From contig DASZRM010000093.1 of the NCBI GenBank assembly GCA_035549135.1, positions 9,378 to 73,377 of the forward strand: a stretch of 64,000 nucleotides of DNA, read 5' to 3'. This document shows positions 39,463-49,103 of this stretch, one piece after another; positions within the stretch are counted from its first letter, which is position 1; each line of letters begins with the position of its first letter. The notes under the pieces were generated by a model that had not been told where the DNA came from, made no database searches, and worked only from the letters and a program-made list of their open reading frames with translations. A program made the position numbers and the translations under genes. This stretch comes from Rhizomicrobium sp. Its GTDB lineage: Bacteria > Pseudomonadota > Alphaproteobacteria > Micropepsales > Micropepsaceae.

Positions 39463-39649
39463 GGTGGGGTCCTCGATATTGCGCGGTCGTTTTCAGGGAT
39501 GTCCCGCGCGGCCGCCACCCGGTTCTTGCTCTGGCCCGGTCCTTGCGACGCAGCCGGCATTGGCGCCGGACCGGGACGACCCCTTCCCGCCCGCACCTCA
39601 GAGTTTTGCCGACAAGCGCTTCGGTTGCCTCCGGATGACGCTTCACTCG

Positions 39650-39685
39650 CCCCGGGCGCGGATGTACCGCCCGGGGTCTTTTTTT
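39650..39685 (+). terminator. Rho-independent terminator on the plus strand with no upstream plus-strand CDS
   Basis: CCCCGGGCG (39650-39658), 9-nt loop, CGCCCGGGG (39668-39676): a perfect 9-bp GC stem followed immediately by TCTTTTTTT (39677-39685). The reverse strand lacks a U-tract, so it is unidirectional. Confidence 0.7.
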
Positions 39686-39738
39686 GCGCGGGAAATCGGA
39701 TAAAGCCCCTTGCGCCTAGGCTCAACGGCGAGTTTCAC

Positions 39739-39763
39739 GGAACGCCTAGCACAACAGCCCGTT
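39739..39763 (+). promoter_or_regulatory. EcfG-type (general stress response ECF sigma) promoter motif
   Basis: GGAAC (39739-39743), 16 nt, CGTT (39760-39763): an exact match to the alphaproteobacterial EcfG/RpoE2 consensus GGAAC-N16-17-CGTT, 22 nt upstream of the YciI-family ATG. Confidence 0.55.
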
Positions 39764-39785
39764 AGCTGTTCGAGCGAGATGAAGC

Positions 39786-40121
39786 ATGCCGAAATTTGTG
39801 ACGATCGGCTATGGAGACGACGCCGGCTATGAGCGAACTGCGCCGGAAATACGCAATGCTGCGCATGCTCATGATCGCAAGTTGATCGAGCATGGCGCTC
39901 TGGTGGGTATCGCCAGGAGGCCTACCTCGGTCCGCAACCCAGATGCAGCAGGGGTCCAGACGGAGAGCTCCGCGTTCATGTCATCGACGCTGCCCGTGGC
40001 CGGATTTGCAGTCATTGAAGCCTCCGACCTGGCGGAGGCCATCCGCATGGTCGCGCAAACCCCATGCGCAGTCGCTCATGGGGTCGTCGAAATATGGCCG
40101 CTTGAACAGCCCAAAACTTGA
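39786..40121 (+). CDS. YciI-family protein
   Basis: 111 aa, MPKFVTIGYGD...HDRKLIEHGALVGIA...LPVAGFAVIEASDLAEAIRMVAQTPCAVAHGVVEIWPL, typical YciI/DGPF-like fold signature. Confidence 0.72.
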   Translation: MPKFVTIGYGDDAGYERTAPEIRNAAHAHDRKLIEHGALVGIARRPTSVRNPDAAGVQTESSAFMSSTLPVAGFAVIEASDLAEAIRMVAQTPCAVAHGVVEIWPLEQPKT

Positions 40122-40152
40122 TATGCGCGAGCTCCACCCTTGAAATAAATGC

Positions 40153-41721
40153 TCACTCCGCCGCTTGCGGCACCTCCTTCGGCTTCCAGCGCAGGATCGG
40201 CTTGCGGGCCGCCGCGGTCTCATCCAGGCGGCGGCGCGGGGCGAGGCGCGGCGCGCCCTCGAAGCGCGTGCGCTTTCCGGCCTTGGCCTCCAGCGCCATC
40301 GTCCGCATCACGTGGATGAAGCGGTCGAGCGATTCCTTCGATTCTGATTCCGTCGGTTCGATCAGCATGGCGCCGTGAACGACGAGCGGGAAATACATCG
40401 TCATCGGGTGATAGCCCTCGTCGATCATCGCCTTGGCGAAATCGAGCGTGGTGACGCCGCTTCCTTCCAGGAAATGGTCGTCGAACAGCGCCTCGTGCAT
40501 GCACGGGCCTTCGCCGAACGGCGCGCTCATCACGTCCTTGAGCGAGGCGAGAATGTAATTCGCGGAGAGCACCGCGTCCTCGCTCGCCTGCCGCACACCG
40601 TCGCGGCCGTGGCTCAGCATATAGGCGAGCGCGCGCGTGAACATGCCCATCTGGCCATGGAAGGCGCACATGCGGCCAAAGGGTTTGGCATCCTTCGGCG
40701 CTGCGGCGCGGTCCTCGATGAAGCGGAACCCACTCTTGTCATGCACGAGCAGCGGCAATGGCGCGAAGGGCGCAAGCCGGTCGGACAGCACCACCGGCCC
40801 GGCGCCAGGTCCGCCGCCGCCATGCGGCGTCGAGAAGGTCTTGTGCAGGTTGATGTGCATGGCGTCGATGCCGAGATCGCCCGGGCGCACACGACCGGCG
40901 ATCGCGTTGAAGTTCGCGCCGTCGCAATAGAAATAGGCGCCCGCCTTGTGAACTGCATTCGCCATTTCGATGATTCGCGGCTCGAACAATCCGCAGGTAT
41001 TGGGATTGGTCAGCATGATGGCGCAGACATCGGGGCCGAGCTTGGCTTCGAGGGCGTCGGCGTCGACATGGCCGCTTGGGGTGGCGGGAACCTCATCGAC
41101 GACGAAGCCGGCGAACGCCGCGGTTGCCGGATTGGTGCCATGCGCCGACTCGGGAACGAGGATGCGAGGCCGCTTTTCGCCGCGCGCCTCGATGGCGGCG
41201 CGGATCGCGAGCAAGCCGCACAATTCGCCATGCGCGCCCGCCTTGGGCGACATGGCGACCGCCGGCATACCGGTGAGGCGCGTGAGCCACTTCATCAGCT
41301 CGGCGATCAGCTCGAGAGCGCCCTGCACCGTTTCCTGAGGTTGAAGTGGGTGGATATCGCCGAAGCCGGGCAACCGCGCCATTTTTTCGTTGAGGCGCGG
41401 GTTATGTTTCATCGTACAAGATCCGAGCGGATAGAGCCCGGCGTCGATCGCGTAGTTCATCCGCGACAGGCGCACATAGTGGCGAATAACCTCCGGCTCC
41501 GAGAGCCCCGGAAGACCGATGGGCCCGCGCCGGCGCTGGCCGCCGAGGCGCGACTCGCTCAACTGGACGTCGGGGATATCGACGCCGGTCATGCCCCTTC
41601 GGCCGAGTTCGAAGATCAGCGGCTCCTCGTGGTCGAGGCCGCGGTCGCCCGATATGGTCGCCAGCTCGTTTGCCTCGATCGTGCCCGGAGCGGTCGGGCG
41701 GCCCTGCGTATTCATCGTCAT
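40153..41721 (-). CDS. gcvPB: glycine dehydrogenase (aminomethyl-transferring) subunit 2
   Basis: 522 aa, [26 protein letters not shown]...[12 protein letters not shown]...[20 protein letters not shown] (PLP-Lys region). Confidence 0.93.
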   Translation of the reverse strand: MTMNTQGRPTAPGTIEANELATISGDRGLDHEEPLIFELGRRGMTGVDIPDVQLSESRLGGQRRRGPIGLPGLSEPEVIRHYVRLSRMNYAIDAGLYPLGSCTMKHNPRLNEKMARLPGFGDIHPLQPQETVQGALELIAELMKWLTRLTGMPAVAMSPKAGAHGELCGLLAIRAAIEARGEKRPRILVPESAHGTNPATAAFAGFVVDEVPATPSGHVDADALEAKLGPDVCAIMLTNPNTCGLFEPRIIEMANAVHKAGAYFYCDGANFNAIAGRVRPGDLGIDAMHINLHKTFSTPHGGGGPGAGPVVLSDRLAPFAPLPLLVHDKSGFRFIEDRAAAPKDAKPFGRMCAFHGQMGMFTRALAYMLSHGRDGVRQASEDAVLSANYILASLKDVMSAPFGEGPCMHEALFDDHFLEGSGVTTLDFAKAMIDEGYHPMTMYFPLVVHGAMLIEPTESESKESLDRFIHVMRTMALEAKAGKRTRFEGAPRLAPRRRLDETAAARKPILRWKPKEVPQAAE

Positions 41722-43064
41722 GACAGCACCTCCGCAAGCCCCTTGGCGAAGGCATCGCAGTCTTCATCCGTGGAAATTTCGGTCGCCGCGACGATCAGAA
41801 GATCGCGCGCACCCGCGTCATGCGGTAGCAGGCGCGAGGCAGGCACCCCGGCGATGATGTTTCTCACCGCCAGCGCATCGACGACGCCCACCGCCGGCTT
41901 CGGCAGGCGGACCGTGAATTCGTTGAAGAAGCTCGATGTTACCAGTGACACACCGCCGACCTTCGAGAGCTTGTCCGCGAGGTTGCAGGCGGTGGCATGA
42001 TTGAGTCGCGCCAGCCGGGTCAGCCCCTCCTCGCCCAAGAGGCTCAGGTGGATTGCGAAGGCCAGGCAGCAAAGCCCTGAATTCGTGCAGATATTGCTGG
42101 TCGCCTTGTCGCGTCGGATGTGCTGTTCGCGTGTTGACAGCGTCAGCACATAGCCGCGCTTGCCGGCTGCGTCGACCGTCTCGCCGCAGAGGCGTCCGGG
42201 CATCTGCCGGATGAATTTCTCCCGCGTCGCGAACAGGCCGACATAGGGTCCGCCGAAGTTCAGCCCGTTGCCGATGCTCTGCCCTTCGGCGGCGACGATA
42301 TCCGCGCCCTGATGGCCCGGCGGCTCCAGCAGGCCGAGCGATACGGCTTCCGTGACCACCGCGATCAGGAGCGCGCCTTTGGCGTGCGCGGCCTCGGCGA
42401 TGGGCTTGAGGTCGCGGATCAAGCCAAACACATCGGGCGACTGGACCACGACGCACGCCGTGTCGCCGTCGATCATGGAGGCGAGGTCTTCCGCCTTGCC
42501 GGGCACGACAGCCGCCCGCACGACCTGTCCGTGCAGATTTGCGACCGTTTCCACGGTCTCGGCGTAGTGCGGATGCAGGCCGCCGGAAAGAATCGCCTTC
42601 GGCCGCTTCGTCACGCGCTGCGCCATGAGCACCGCTTCGGCCGTCGCCGTCGAGCCGTCATAAAGCGAGGCGTTGGCCACCTCCATGCCCGTCAGTAGCG
42701 CCACCTGCGTCTGGAATTCGAACATGTATTGCAGCGTGCCCTGGGCGATCTCTGGCTGGTACGGCGTGTAGGAAGTGAGGAATTCCGAGCGCTGGATGAG
42801 ATGATCCACCGCTGCAGGAACGTGGTGGCGATAGGCGCCGGCCCCGCAGAAGAACGGAACGCTGCCTGCCGCCACATTTTTCGCGGCCATCCTTGACATC
42901 TGGCGGTCGACCTCGAGCTCGCCCGCAGTGTCGGGCAGGTCGAAAGCCGAAAGCGGCACGACCGCCGATTTGGGCACATCGCGGAACAGCGCGTCGATGT
43001 TCGGCGCGCCGATCTTGGCCAGCATCGCCGCGCGATTTTCCGGCGTGAGCGGGTGGTAACGCAT
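41718..43064 (-). CDS. gcvPA: glycine dehydrogenase (aminomethyl-transferring) subunit 1
   Basis: [19 protein letters not shown]...[41 protein letters not shown]...; 4-nt overlap with gcvPB. Confidence 0.93.
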   Translation of the reverse strand: MRYHPLTPENRAAMLAKIGAPNIDALFRDVPKSAVVPLSAFDLPDTAGELEVDRQMSRMAAKNVAAGSVPFFCGAGAYRHHVPAAVDHLIQRSEFLTSYTPYQPEIAQGTLQYMFEFQTQVALLTGMEVANASLYDGSTATAEAVLMAQRVTKRPKAILSGGLHPHYAETVETVANLHGQVVRAAVVPGKAEDLASMIDGDTACVVVQSPDVFGLIRDLKPIAEAAHAKGALLIAVVTEAVSLGLLEPPGHQGADIVAAEGQSIGNGLNFGGPYVGLFATREKFIRQMPGRLCGETVDAAGKRGYVLTLSTREQHIRRDKATSNICTNSGLCCLAFAIHLSLLGEEGLTRLARLNHATACNLADKLSKVGGVSLVTSSFFNEFTVRLPKPAVGVVDALAVRNIIAGVPASRLLPHDAGARDLLIVAATEISTDEDCDAFAKGLAEVLS

Positions 43065-43192
43065 TCAATCGTTCCTCTTCTGCACAGCGCGTCACACTGG
43101 GGTGCTTCTGGGGTCTCCATCGAGGCTCCCCCGGCTCAAGCCCGGGGTCGTACCTCAGGATGACGCGGGCGAAGCTTCAAAGGCTGGCAAAC

Positions 43193-43567
43193 CTACAATC
43201 CCTTCACGAATTCGTCGTATTGCGCCCTGGTCATCAGCTTGCCGAGCTCGCCCGCGTCGGAAAGCTTCATCTTGAAGAACCAGCCCTCGCCTTCCGGGTC
43301 GGCGTTGACCTTGGCCGGATCCTCGCTCAGCGCGGCGTTGGCGCCCGTGACCTCGCCGCTGACCGGCGCATAGACCTCGCTCGCGGCCTTGACGCTTTCG
43401 ACGACCGCCGCCTCGCCGCCCTTTCCGACCTTGCGGCCAGCCTCCGGCAACTCGACAAAGACGACGTCTCCCAATTGCTCGGCCGCATATTTTGTGATGC
43501 CGACCGTTGCTTCACCCCCGTCAACGCGCACCCATTCATGCTGATCGGTGAATCTGACTTCGCTCAT
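43193..43567 (-). CDS. gcvH: glycine cleavage system H protein
   Basis: [38 protein letters not shown]...[21 protein letters not shown] (lipoyl-Lys motif ESVKA). Confidence 0.94.
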   Translation of the reverse strand: MSEVRFTDQHEWVRVDGGEATVGITKYAAEQLGDVVFVELPEAGRKVGKGGEAAVVESVKAASEVYAPVSGEVTGANAALSEDPAKVNADPEGEGWFFKMKLSDAGELGKLMTRAQYDEFVKGL

Positions 43568-43583
43568 GCTTCTCCCCTGTATC

Positions 43584-44705
43584 TCATATCGCGCGCCGGT
43601 ACCGGTGCGGTACGAACGGCATGGGCGCCACGCGCGCCGGCAGCGGCTTTCCGCGCACGATCAAATCGACTTCGGCGCCGTCACTCGCGAACGCGGTTTC
43701 GACATAGCCCATCGCGACGGGCGCATTCAGGCTCGGCCCGAAACCGCCGCTCGTGATCTCGCCGATCACGCGCCCGGACTTGTCAGCGACCGGCGTGTGC
43801 TCACGCGCGGGCGCCTTGCCGAGCGGCAAGATACCGATGCGCTTCTTCGCCGGACCGTTGAAAACCTGGCTCATGATTTTCGCGGCGGCCGGAAAATCCT
43901 TGTCCATCTTGCGGCGCTTGCCGATGGACCAGACCAAATTGGCCTCGACCGGCGTCACCGTTTCGTCGATGTCGTGACCGTAGAGGCAGAGGCCCGCCTC
44001 AAGGCGCAGGGAATCGCGTGCGCCGAGACCGATCGGCAGCACTTCGGATTCGCCAAGCAACGCGCGCGCCACGCGCTCGCCGTCCTTTCCCTCGATGGAA
44101 ATCTCGAACCCATCTTCGCCGGTATAGCCCGAGCGGCTGACGATGGCGGGGCAGCCGGCGACGGTCGCACGCACGACTTTCATGAAAGTAAGCCCGTCGA
44201 TGCCCGGTGAATGGCGGTCCAACACCCGACCGGCCAATGGGCCCTGCAGCGCGATGAGCGCGCGGTCGAAGCGCGGCGTCAGCGAGGCCACGCCCCCGAG
44301 CTTCTCTGAGATGTACTCGAAATCGCCTTCCTTGGTCCCGGCGTTGACCACGAGATACATGTCCGCCTCGCCCTCGAGCTTGGAGAACATGAAGTCGTCC
44401 TTGATCGTGCCCTCATCGTTGAGCAGGAGGCCGTAGCGCTGCATTCCGGCCTTGAGGCCGATGACGTCCGCCGGGGTCACACGTTCGAGCGCGCGGGCCG
44501 GATCCGCGCCGGAGAGGAACCCCTGCCCCATATGAGAGACGTCGAACAGACCCGCCTTTTCGCGCGTGTGTAGATGTTCCTTAAGGATTCCGGAGGGGTA
44601 CTGCACCGGCATCTCGTACCCGGCGAACGGCACCATCTTGGCGCCCAGTTCCAAATGGAGCGCGTAGAGGGGCGTCCTGCGAAGCGTTTCGGTCGTGTCG
44701 GTCAT
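43584..44705 (-). CDS. gcvT: glycine cleavage system aminomethyltransferase T protein
   Basis: [29 protein letters not shown]...[19 protein letters not shown]...[14 protein letters not shown]. Confidence 0.93.
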   Translation of the reverse strand: MTDTTETLRRTPLYALHLELGAKMVPFAGYEMPVQYPSGILKEHLHTREKAGLFDVSHMGQGFLSGADPARALERVTPADVIGLKAGMQRYGLLLNDEGTIKDDFMFSKLEGEADMYLVVNAGTKEGDFEYISEKLGGVASLTPRFDRALIALQGPLAGRVLDRHSPGIDGLTFMKVVRATVAGCPAIVSRSGYTGEDGFEISIEGKDGERVARALLGESEVLPIGLGARDSLRLEAGLCLYGHDIDETVTPVEANLVWSIGKRRKMDKDFPAAAKIMSQVFNGPAKKRIGILPLGKAPAREHTPVADKSGRVIGEITSGGFGPSLNAPVAMGYVETAFASDGAEVDLIVRGKPLPARVAPMPFVPHRYRRAI

Positions 44706-44754
44706 GACGGTCCGGACAAGAGTTGCATCGGCGCGAACCGCGAATACCGCGGAA

Positions 44755-44970
44755 CCCGCGCCCCTCTGTCATCGGACCTGAGAGATTTCCCCGCTTTCGC
44801 GGATTACCCCTTCGGTGGAGAGCGCTTGCGCGATCCCGCTTTCCAGAAGTTCATCTTCCTCGCGGTCCTTTTGCCTGAGAGTTTCCGGGGCGGTTGCTCC
44901 TTCGGCCTTCGCCTGCGGCTTCGGCCGGCGAGGCGGCCTTGGCGCGGCGAATGTCTCCCGCGGGGGATCG
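44755..44970 (-). promoter_or_regulatory. tandem glycine riboswitch (two aptamers) upstream of gcvT
   Basis: Reverse strand aptamer 1: CGGGAGACA...GCCGAAGGAGCAACCGCCCCGGAAACUCUCAGGCAAAAGGAC. Aptamer 2: CUGGAAAGCGGG...CUCUCCACCGAAGGGGUAAUCC...GGGGAAAUCUCUCAGGUCCGAUGACAGAGGGG. Both carry the ACCGAAGG(G/A)GCAA/CUCUCAGG core. Boundaries approximate. Confidence 0.88.
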
Positions 44971-45251
44971 ATTGTAGGGCCGGACCGATGCGCCTCGCGG
45001 CGGAAAAGCCCGTCGGGCGGGCATCATAGGGAGGCGAAACCTTTAGTCAATCAGCGCCCAATAGCCAGGTCTGGCGCGTTCCTGGGCGCAGCGAATCGCG
45101 GGCGTAACGGTGTGCGGGGCGAAATGCCGAATCCGCCGCGCACACCCGGAACCGCCGGTTTGCTCGCTGGTTTTTCAATCATTCCCGGTCGCCGGCGAAG
45201 CCGTCGCTGTCGCCAGCGCCAACGGGTGAACCAAACCCATGGAGCACGTCG

Positions 45252-45638
45252 ATGACTTATCTGGACGTCAGTCCAATGGTGTCGTCCTTCCGCGCGGCGC
45301 CGGAGGATTTCGACATGAAGGGCGCATGGCTGCGCCACAAGCCCAGCCGCCACTGCTTTCGCTTCGAGCCTGATGGACATGTCACGCTGAGGGCCGGCTG
45401 CGATTGCGCCTATTTGGCGATTCGTCCCGAGCAGGAAAGCGAACTGAAGAAATCCTACCAGGAATGGATCTCTGGCTATTGGCGCCCGCTCGAGATCAAT
45501 CGCGAATTCGCCTCGCACTTTCGTCCGCGCTCGGCGCTGCGGCGCTGGGCCCTGAAGGCGACCGGCGCCATCGCGCGGCGGCTGCGCGGCGAGCCGCTGG
45601 GCGCCTATCCTCTCGAGGTGCTGTTCCCGGCCGAGTAG
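45252..45638 (+). CDS. hypothetical protein (128 aa)
   Basis: ATG preceded by GGAG 8 nt upstream; coding-like third-position bias. MTYLDVSPMVSSFRAAPEDFDMKGAWLRHKPSRHCFRFEPDGHVTLRAGCDCAYLAIRPEQESELKKSYQEWISGYWRPLEINREF...; no family recognised. Confidence 0.55.
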   Translation: MTYLDVSPMVSSFRAAPEDFDMKGAWLRHKPSRHCFRFEPDGHVTLRAGCDCAYLAIRPEQESELKKSYQEWISGYWRPLEINREFASHFRPRSALRRWALKATGAIARRLRGEPLGAYPLEVLFPAE

Positions 45639-45648
45639 CGCCAGGCGC

Positions 45649-47394
45649 TCACATTCTCTCGGGGATCTCGATGCCCAGAATCGCAAGGACGCCCGTCAGC
45701 GCCTCGAGCGTCCGTTCGCAAAGGCCGAGGCGGGCGGCGCGAAGCGCGGCGTCGGACTCCGAAAGGATGTGGTGCTCGGAATAGAAGCGGCTGAACTTCT
45801 GGGCCAGCTCGAACGCGTATTCGCAAAGTATGTTTGGCGCGCGGTTCTGTTCCGCCGCTTGCATTCTTGAAGGCAACGCCAGCAGCTGAAGCGCCAGCGC
45901 GCGCTCCTCCGGCGAACGGACGACGGGCGGAAGCGCTGCAAACTTCTCGTCGCGCGCCTTGCGCAGGATCGACTGGATGCGCACTGCGGCGTATTGAAGA
46001 TAGGGACCGGTCTTGCCTTCGAACTTCGAAAATCGCTCGAGGTCGAAGACATAGTCCGTCAGCCGCCAATTGGAGAGATCGGCGAACTTGAGCGTCGCGA
46101 TGCCGACCTTCCTGGCGATGTCGGCGCGTTCCTCCGGCGGATAGTCCGCGCCGATGCCGGCCTCCTTAAGGCGCTTCTCGGCCTCTTCGGTCACCATGGC
46201 GATGAGGTCGTAGAGCTTCATGACGCCGCCGGCGCGAGTCTTGAAGGGTTTGCCGTCAGCGCCATTCATGGTGCCGAAACCGGCATGTTCGAGGATGGCC
46301 TTTCCGTTAAGCCCGCCCTTCTCCGCCGCGCGGAACACCTGCTCGAAATGCAGGTGTTGGCGCTGATCCACGACGTAGAGAATGAGATCGGGATCCTGTT
46401 CCTTAACGCGGTCGACAATGGTGGCCAGATCGGTCGTGCCATAAAGCACCGCCCCGTCCTGCTTGACCAGAATCAGCGGCGGCATGGCCTTCTTGTCGCT
46501 GTTGCGCTCGACCGGGACGACGAGCGCGCCTTCGCTATCCACCGCGATGCCGCGAGCCTTGAGATCGGCGATCATCGGCGCGATGAGCGGCTCGACGCTC
46601 GCCTCCCCTTTCCACAAATCGAAATGGATGCCAAGGCTCGCCCATTCGCGCTCCAGTCCGATTCTCGAGACTTCGAAGAAATGCCGCCACAGCGCGCGGT
46701 AGCCGGGGCGGCCGGCCTGCAATTCCGCGGTCGCCTTGCGCGCCTCCTCGAGCCTTGCCGGATCCGCCTTGCAGGCCGCAGACGCCGCCGGATAGATCTC
46801 CTCGAGGTCCTCCATCGTCACCGGAGATTGCTCCGGGTACGGACCTTTGAAGGAGGGATCGAAATAAATCGGCGCAACGCCGCGACGACCGATTTCGGAG
46901 ATGAGCTGACCCATCTGCAGGCCCCAGTCGCCTAGGTGAACGTCACTGGTGACCCGCCAGCCATTGGCGCGGAACAGCCGCTGCAACGAGTCGCCAATGA
47001 CGGATGAGCGAAGATGCCCAACATGCATCGGCTTGGCGACATTGGCGCCGCCGAAATCGATGAGCGCGGATTTGCCGTTGGGCGACGTCGCGGGCGCGGG
47101 CCTCGCCATGCGCTCGGCGAGCGCCGCGTCGGATACGTCGAGATTGATGAACCCCGGGCCCGCAACCTCGACCTTTGCGAAGATCGGATTCGCCTTGAGC
47201 CGCGCAGCGATCTTGTCGGCGATCGCGCGCGGATTGGCCTTGGCGAGCTTTGCAGCCGCCAGACATCCGTTGCATTGGAACTGTGCGAGGTCCGGGCGGT
47301 CGGAGTCCTGGACCTGGCCGAGCGACTCCGGAAGTCCCTCGGCCGCGAACGCGGCCTTCGCGATCGCGCTGAGTTCGTCCACGAGCCCGCTCAT
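45649..47394 (-). CDS. argS: arginine--tRNA ligase
   Basis: 581 aa, FGGANVAKPMHVGHLRSSVIGDS (HIGH), ...DQRQHLHFEQVF..., GTMNGADGKPFKTRAGG, C-terminal DALR anticodon-binding domain ending in RM. Confidence 0.93.
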   Translation of the reverse strand: MSGLVDELSAIAKAAFAAEGLPESLGQVQDSDRPDLAQFQCNGCLAAAKLAKANPRAIADKIAARLKANPIFAKVEVAGPGFINLDVSDAALAERMARPAPATSPNGKSALIDFGGANVAKPMHVGHLRSSVIGDSLQRLFRANGWRVTSDVHLGDWGLQMGQLISEIGRRGVAPIYFDPSFKGPYPEQSPVTMEDLEEIYPAASAACKADPARLEEARKATAELQAGRPGYRALWRHFFEVSRIGLEREWASLGIHFDLWKGEASVEPLIAPMIADLKARGIAVDSEGALVVPVERNSDKKAMPPLILVKQDGAVLYGTTDLATIVDRVKEQDPDLILYVVDQRQHLHFEQVFRAAEKGGLNGKAILEHAGFGTMNGADGKPFKTRAGGVMKLYDLIAMVTEEAEKRLKEAGIGADYPPEERADIARKVGIATLKFADLSNWRLTDYVFDLERFSKFEGKTGPYLQYAAVRIQSILRKARDEKFAALPPVVRSPEERALALQLLALPSRMQAAEQNRAPNILCEYAFELAQKFSRFYSEHHILSESDAALRAARLGLCERTLEALTGVLAILGIEIPERM

Positions 47395-47918
47395 GGCGCG
47401 AAGTGATGGTGCGTCTTGTTGTATTCGAGCTGCGACTGGGTGAGCTGCAGTCCGGTCAGGATCTGATAGTCGCCGATCTTGGCGCCGCGCGCCATGCGGA
47501 TCATTGTCGAATCGATAATTTGCTCGAAGCGGATCGTCGCGGCGCCGGCCGGAAAGACGACCGGAGCCAGAAATATTTTCTTGGACACGATCTTGTCCCC
47601 GCCGCGCGTCACCGCGACGAAATACGGCACGTTGTAGCTCGCCGCTTCGCCAGAGGGCGCCCGCTTGGCCGCGAACGCGATGGAAAGATGGGAATCTGCG
47701 GTGCGCTCGTCCTTGTCGAAATCGCAGCCGGCCTTAACGTCGGTCATCCACACCGAATAGAGCTCGGCCGACGGATCGGCCTGCGCGCCGGTGCGGAATA
47801 CGGTAAGCGCCGAGACGGGCGCCAATACCGCGGCGGTTGGACACAGGCCCTTCTGGGCGTCGCTCGCGCAGCCGACAAGCATCAGGGCGGCGGCCGCTGC
47901 GAGCAATGGAAAGCGCAT
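47391..47918 (-). CDS. putative lipoprotein (175 aa)
   Basis: Only the C-terminal 175 codons of the 697-aa track ORF look real: MRFPLLAAAAALMLVGCASD (lipobox LVGC) ...YSVWMTDVKAGCDFDKDERTADSHLSIAFAAKR...YFVAVTRGGDKIVSKKIF. Stop overlaps the argS start (ATGA). Confidence 0.65.
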   Translation of the reverse strand: MRFPLLAAAAALMLVGCASDAQKGLCPTAAVLAPVSALTVFRTGAQADPSAELYSVWMTDVKAGCDFDKDERTADSHLSIAFAAKRAPSGEAASYNVPYFVAVTRGGDKIVSKKIFLAPVVFPAGAATIRFEQIIDSTMIRMARGAKIGDYQILTGLQLTQSQLEYNKTHHHFAP

Positions 47919-48092
47919 GGTTGAGAATCCCGGCGTCAGAAGATGAAAGCCCGATTGCCGCAAGCGTCGACGCGCATCCGGCGCGCCGCGACGGGCCCCG
48001 CCATCCTTTCGCCTTTCGCTTGACATTCGATGGTTCGAAGCCGACTTCTCGAACCGTTCGACAACGCCGGATTTTAGCCAAGCAGGCTGTTG

Positions 48093-49067
48093 ATGGGAAG
48101 CTCTGAACCGGCCAATCTTCCGGGCGAACGCCCCAAGCTGAGGCTCCTTCTCGCCAGCCCTCGCGGCTTTTGCGCCGGGGTCGAGCGAGCGATCCGCATC
48201 GTCGAGCTTTCGCTGGCCAAGTATGGCGCGCCCATATATGTCCGGCACGAAATCGTCCACAATCGGTTCGTGGTGGAGCGCCTGCGGCGACAGGGCGCGG
48301 TCTTCATCGACGAACTCGACGAGGCGCCGGATGGCGCGGTTGTAATCTTCTCCGCGCACGGCGTGCCGAAATCGGTGCCGGCCGAGGCGCGCCGGCGGCA
48401 GCTCTTCTATCTGAACGCCACATGTCCGCTGGTGTCCAAGGTGCATGTGGAGGCCGAGCGCCATTTCCGCGCGGGCCGTCATGTCGTTCTGATCGGGCAT
48501 TCGGGCCACCCAGAGGTGGAGGGAACGCTGGGTCAGCTTCCACTCGGCGCCATCAGCCTTATCGAGACGGTCGCCGACGCCGACGCATTTGCCCCTCCCC
48601 CCGGACTGGCGCTCGCCTTCGTCACCCAAACAACCTTGTCGGTCGACGACACGCTGGAGATCGTGAGGGCGCTGAAGCGCCGCTTTCCCTTGATCTGCGG
48701 CCCGCATCGCGAGGATATTTGCTACGCCACCACCAACCGCCAAGACGCCATCAAGCGCATCGCGCGCGAAGCCGAGCTGGCGCTCGTAATCGGCGCGCCC
48801 AATTCGTCCAACTCGGTGCGGCTCGTCGAGGTCGCATTGCGAGCCGGCGCGCGCGACGCCGCGCTCATCCAGCGGGCCGCCGACATCGATTGGGCGCGCC
48901 TGGTGGGCGTCAACACTCTCGGCCTCACCGCCAGCGCATCGGCGCCCGAGCTCCTGGTCGATGAGGTGCTGGCGGCGCTGCGCGAGCGCTTCGTACTGTC
49001 CATCGAGAATGTCGCAGTGCGGCGCGAGGATGTCGCCTTCAACGTTCCGCGCGCGCTGGCGTCCTGA
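48093..49067 (+). CDS. ispH: 4-hydroxy-3-methylbut-2-enyl diphosphate reductase
   Basis: [21 protein letters not shown]...[10 protein letters not shown]...[10 protein letters not shown]...[10 protein letters not shown]...[11 protein letters not shown]...TTLSVDDT...ICYATTNRQ...GAPNSSNS. The track starts at TTG 48090; ATG is at 48093. Confidence 0.92.
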   Translation: MGSSEPANLPGERPKLRLLLASPRGFCAGVERAIRIVELSLAKYGAPIYVRHEIVHNRFVVERLRRQGAVFIDELDEAPDGAVVIFSAHGVPKSVPAEARRRQLFYLNATCPLVSKVHVEAERHFRAGRHVVLIGHSGHPEVEGTLGQLPLGAISLIETVADADAFAPPPGLALAFVTQTTLSVDDTLEIVRALKRRFPLICGPHREDICYATTNRQDAIKRIAREAELALVIGAPNSSNSVRLVEVALRAGARDAALIQRAADIDWARLVGVNTLGLTASASAPELLVDEVLAALRERFVLSIENVAVRREDVAFNVPRALAS

Positions 49068-49103
49068 TATGAAGGTTCTCCGCGACGCTGCGCAGGAAGG
49101 CGC

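Noticed and set aside
40375-42000. 541-aa ORF on the plus strand
   Set aside because: Antisense to gcvPB/gcvPA, both unambiguous. Its composition is dominated by Arg, Ala, Gly and His with no motif. A shadow ORF.
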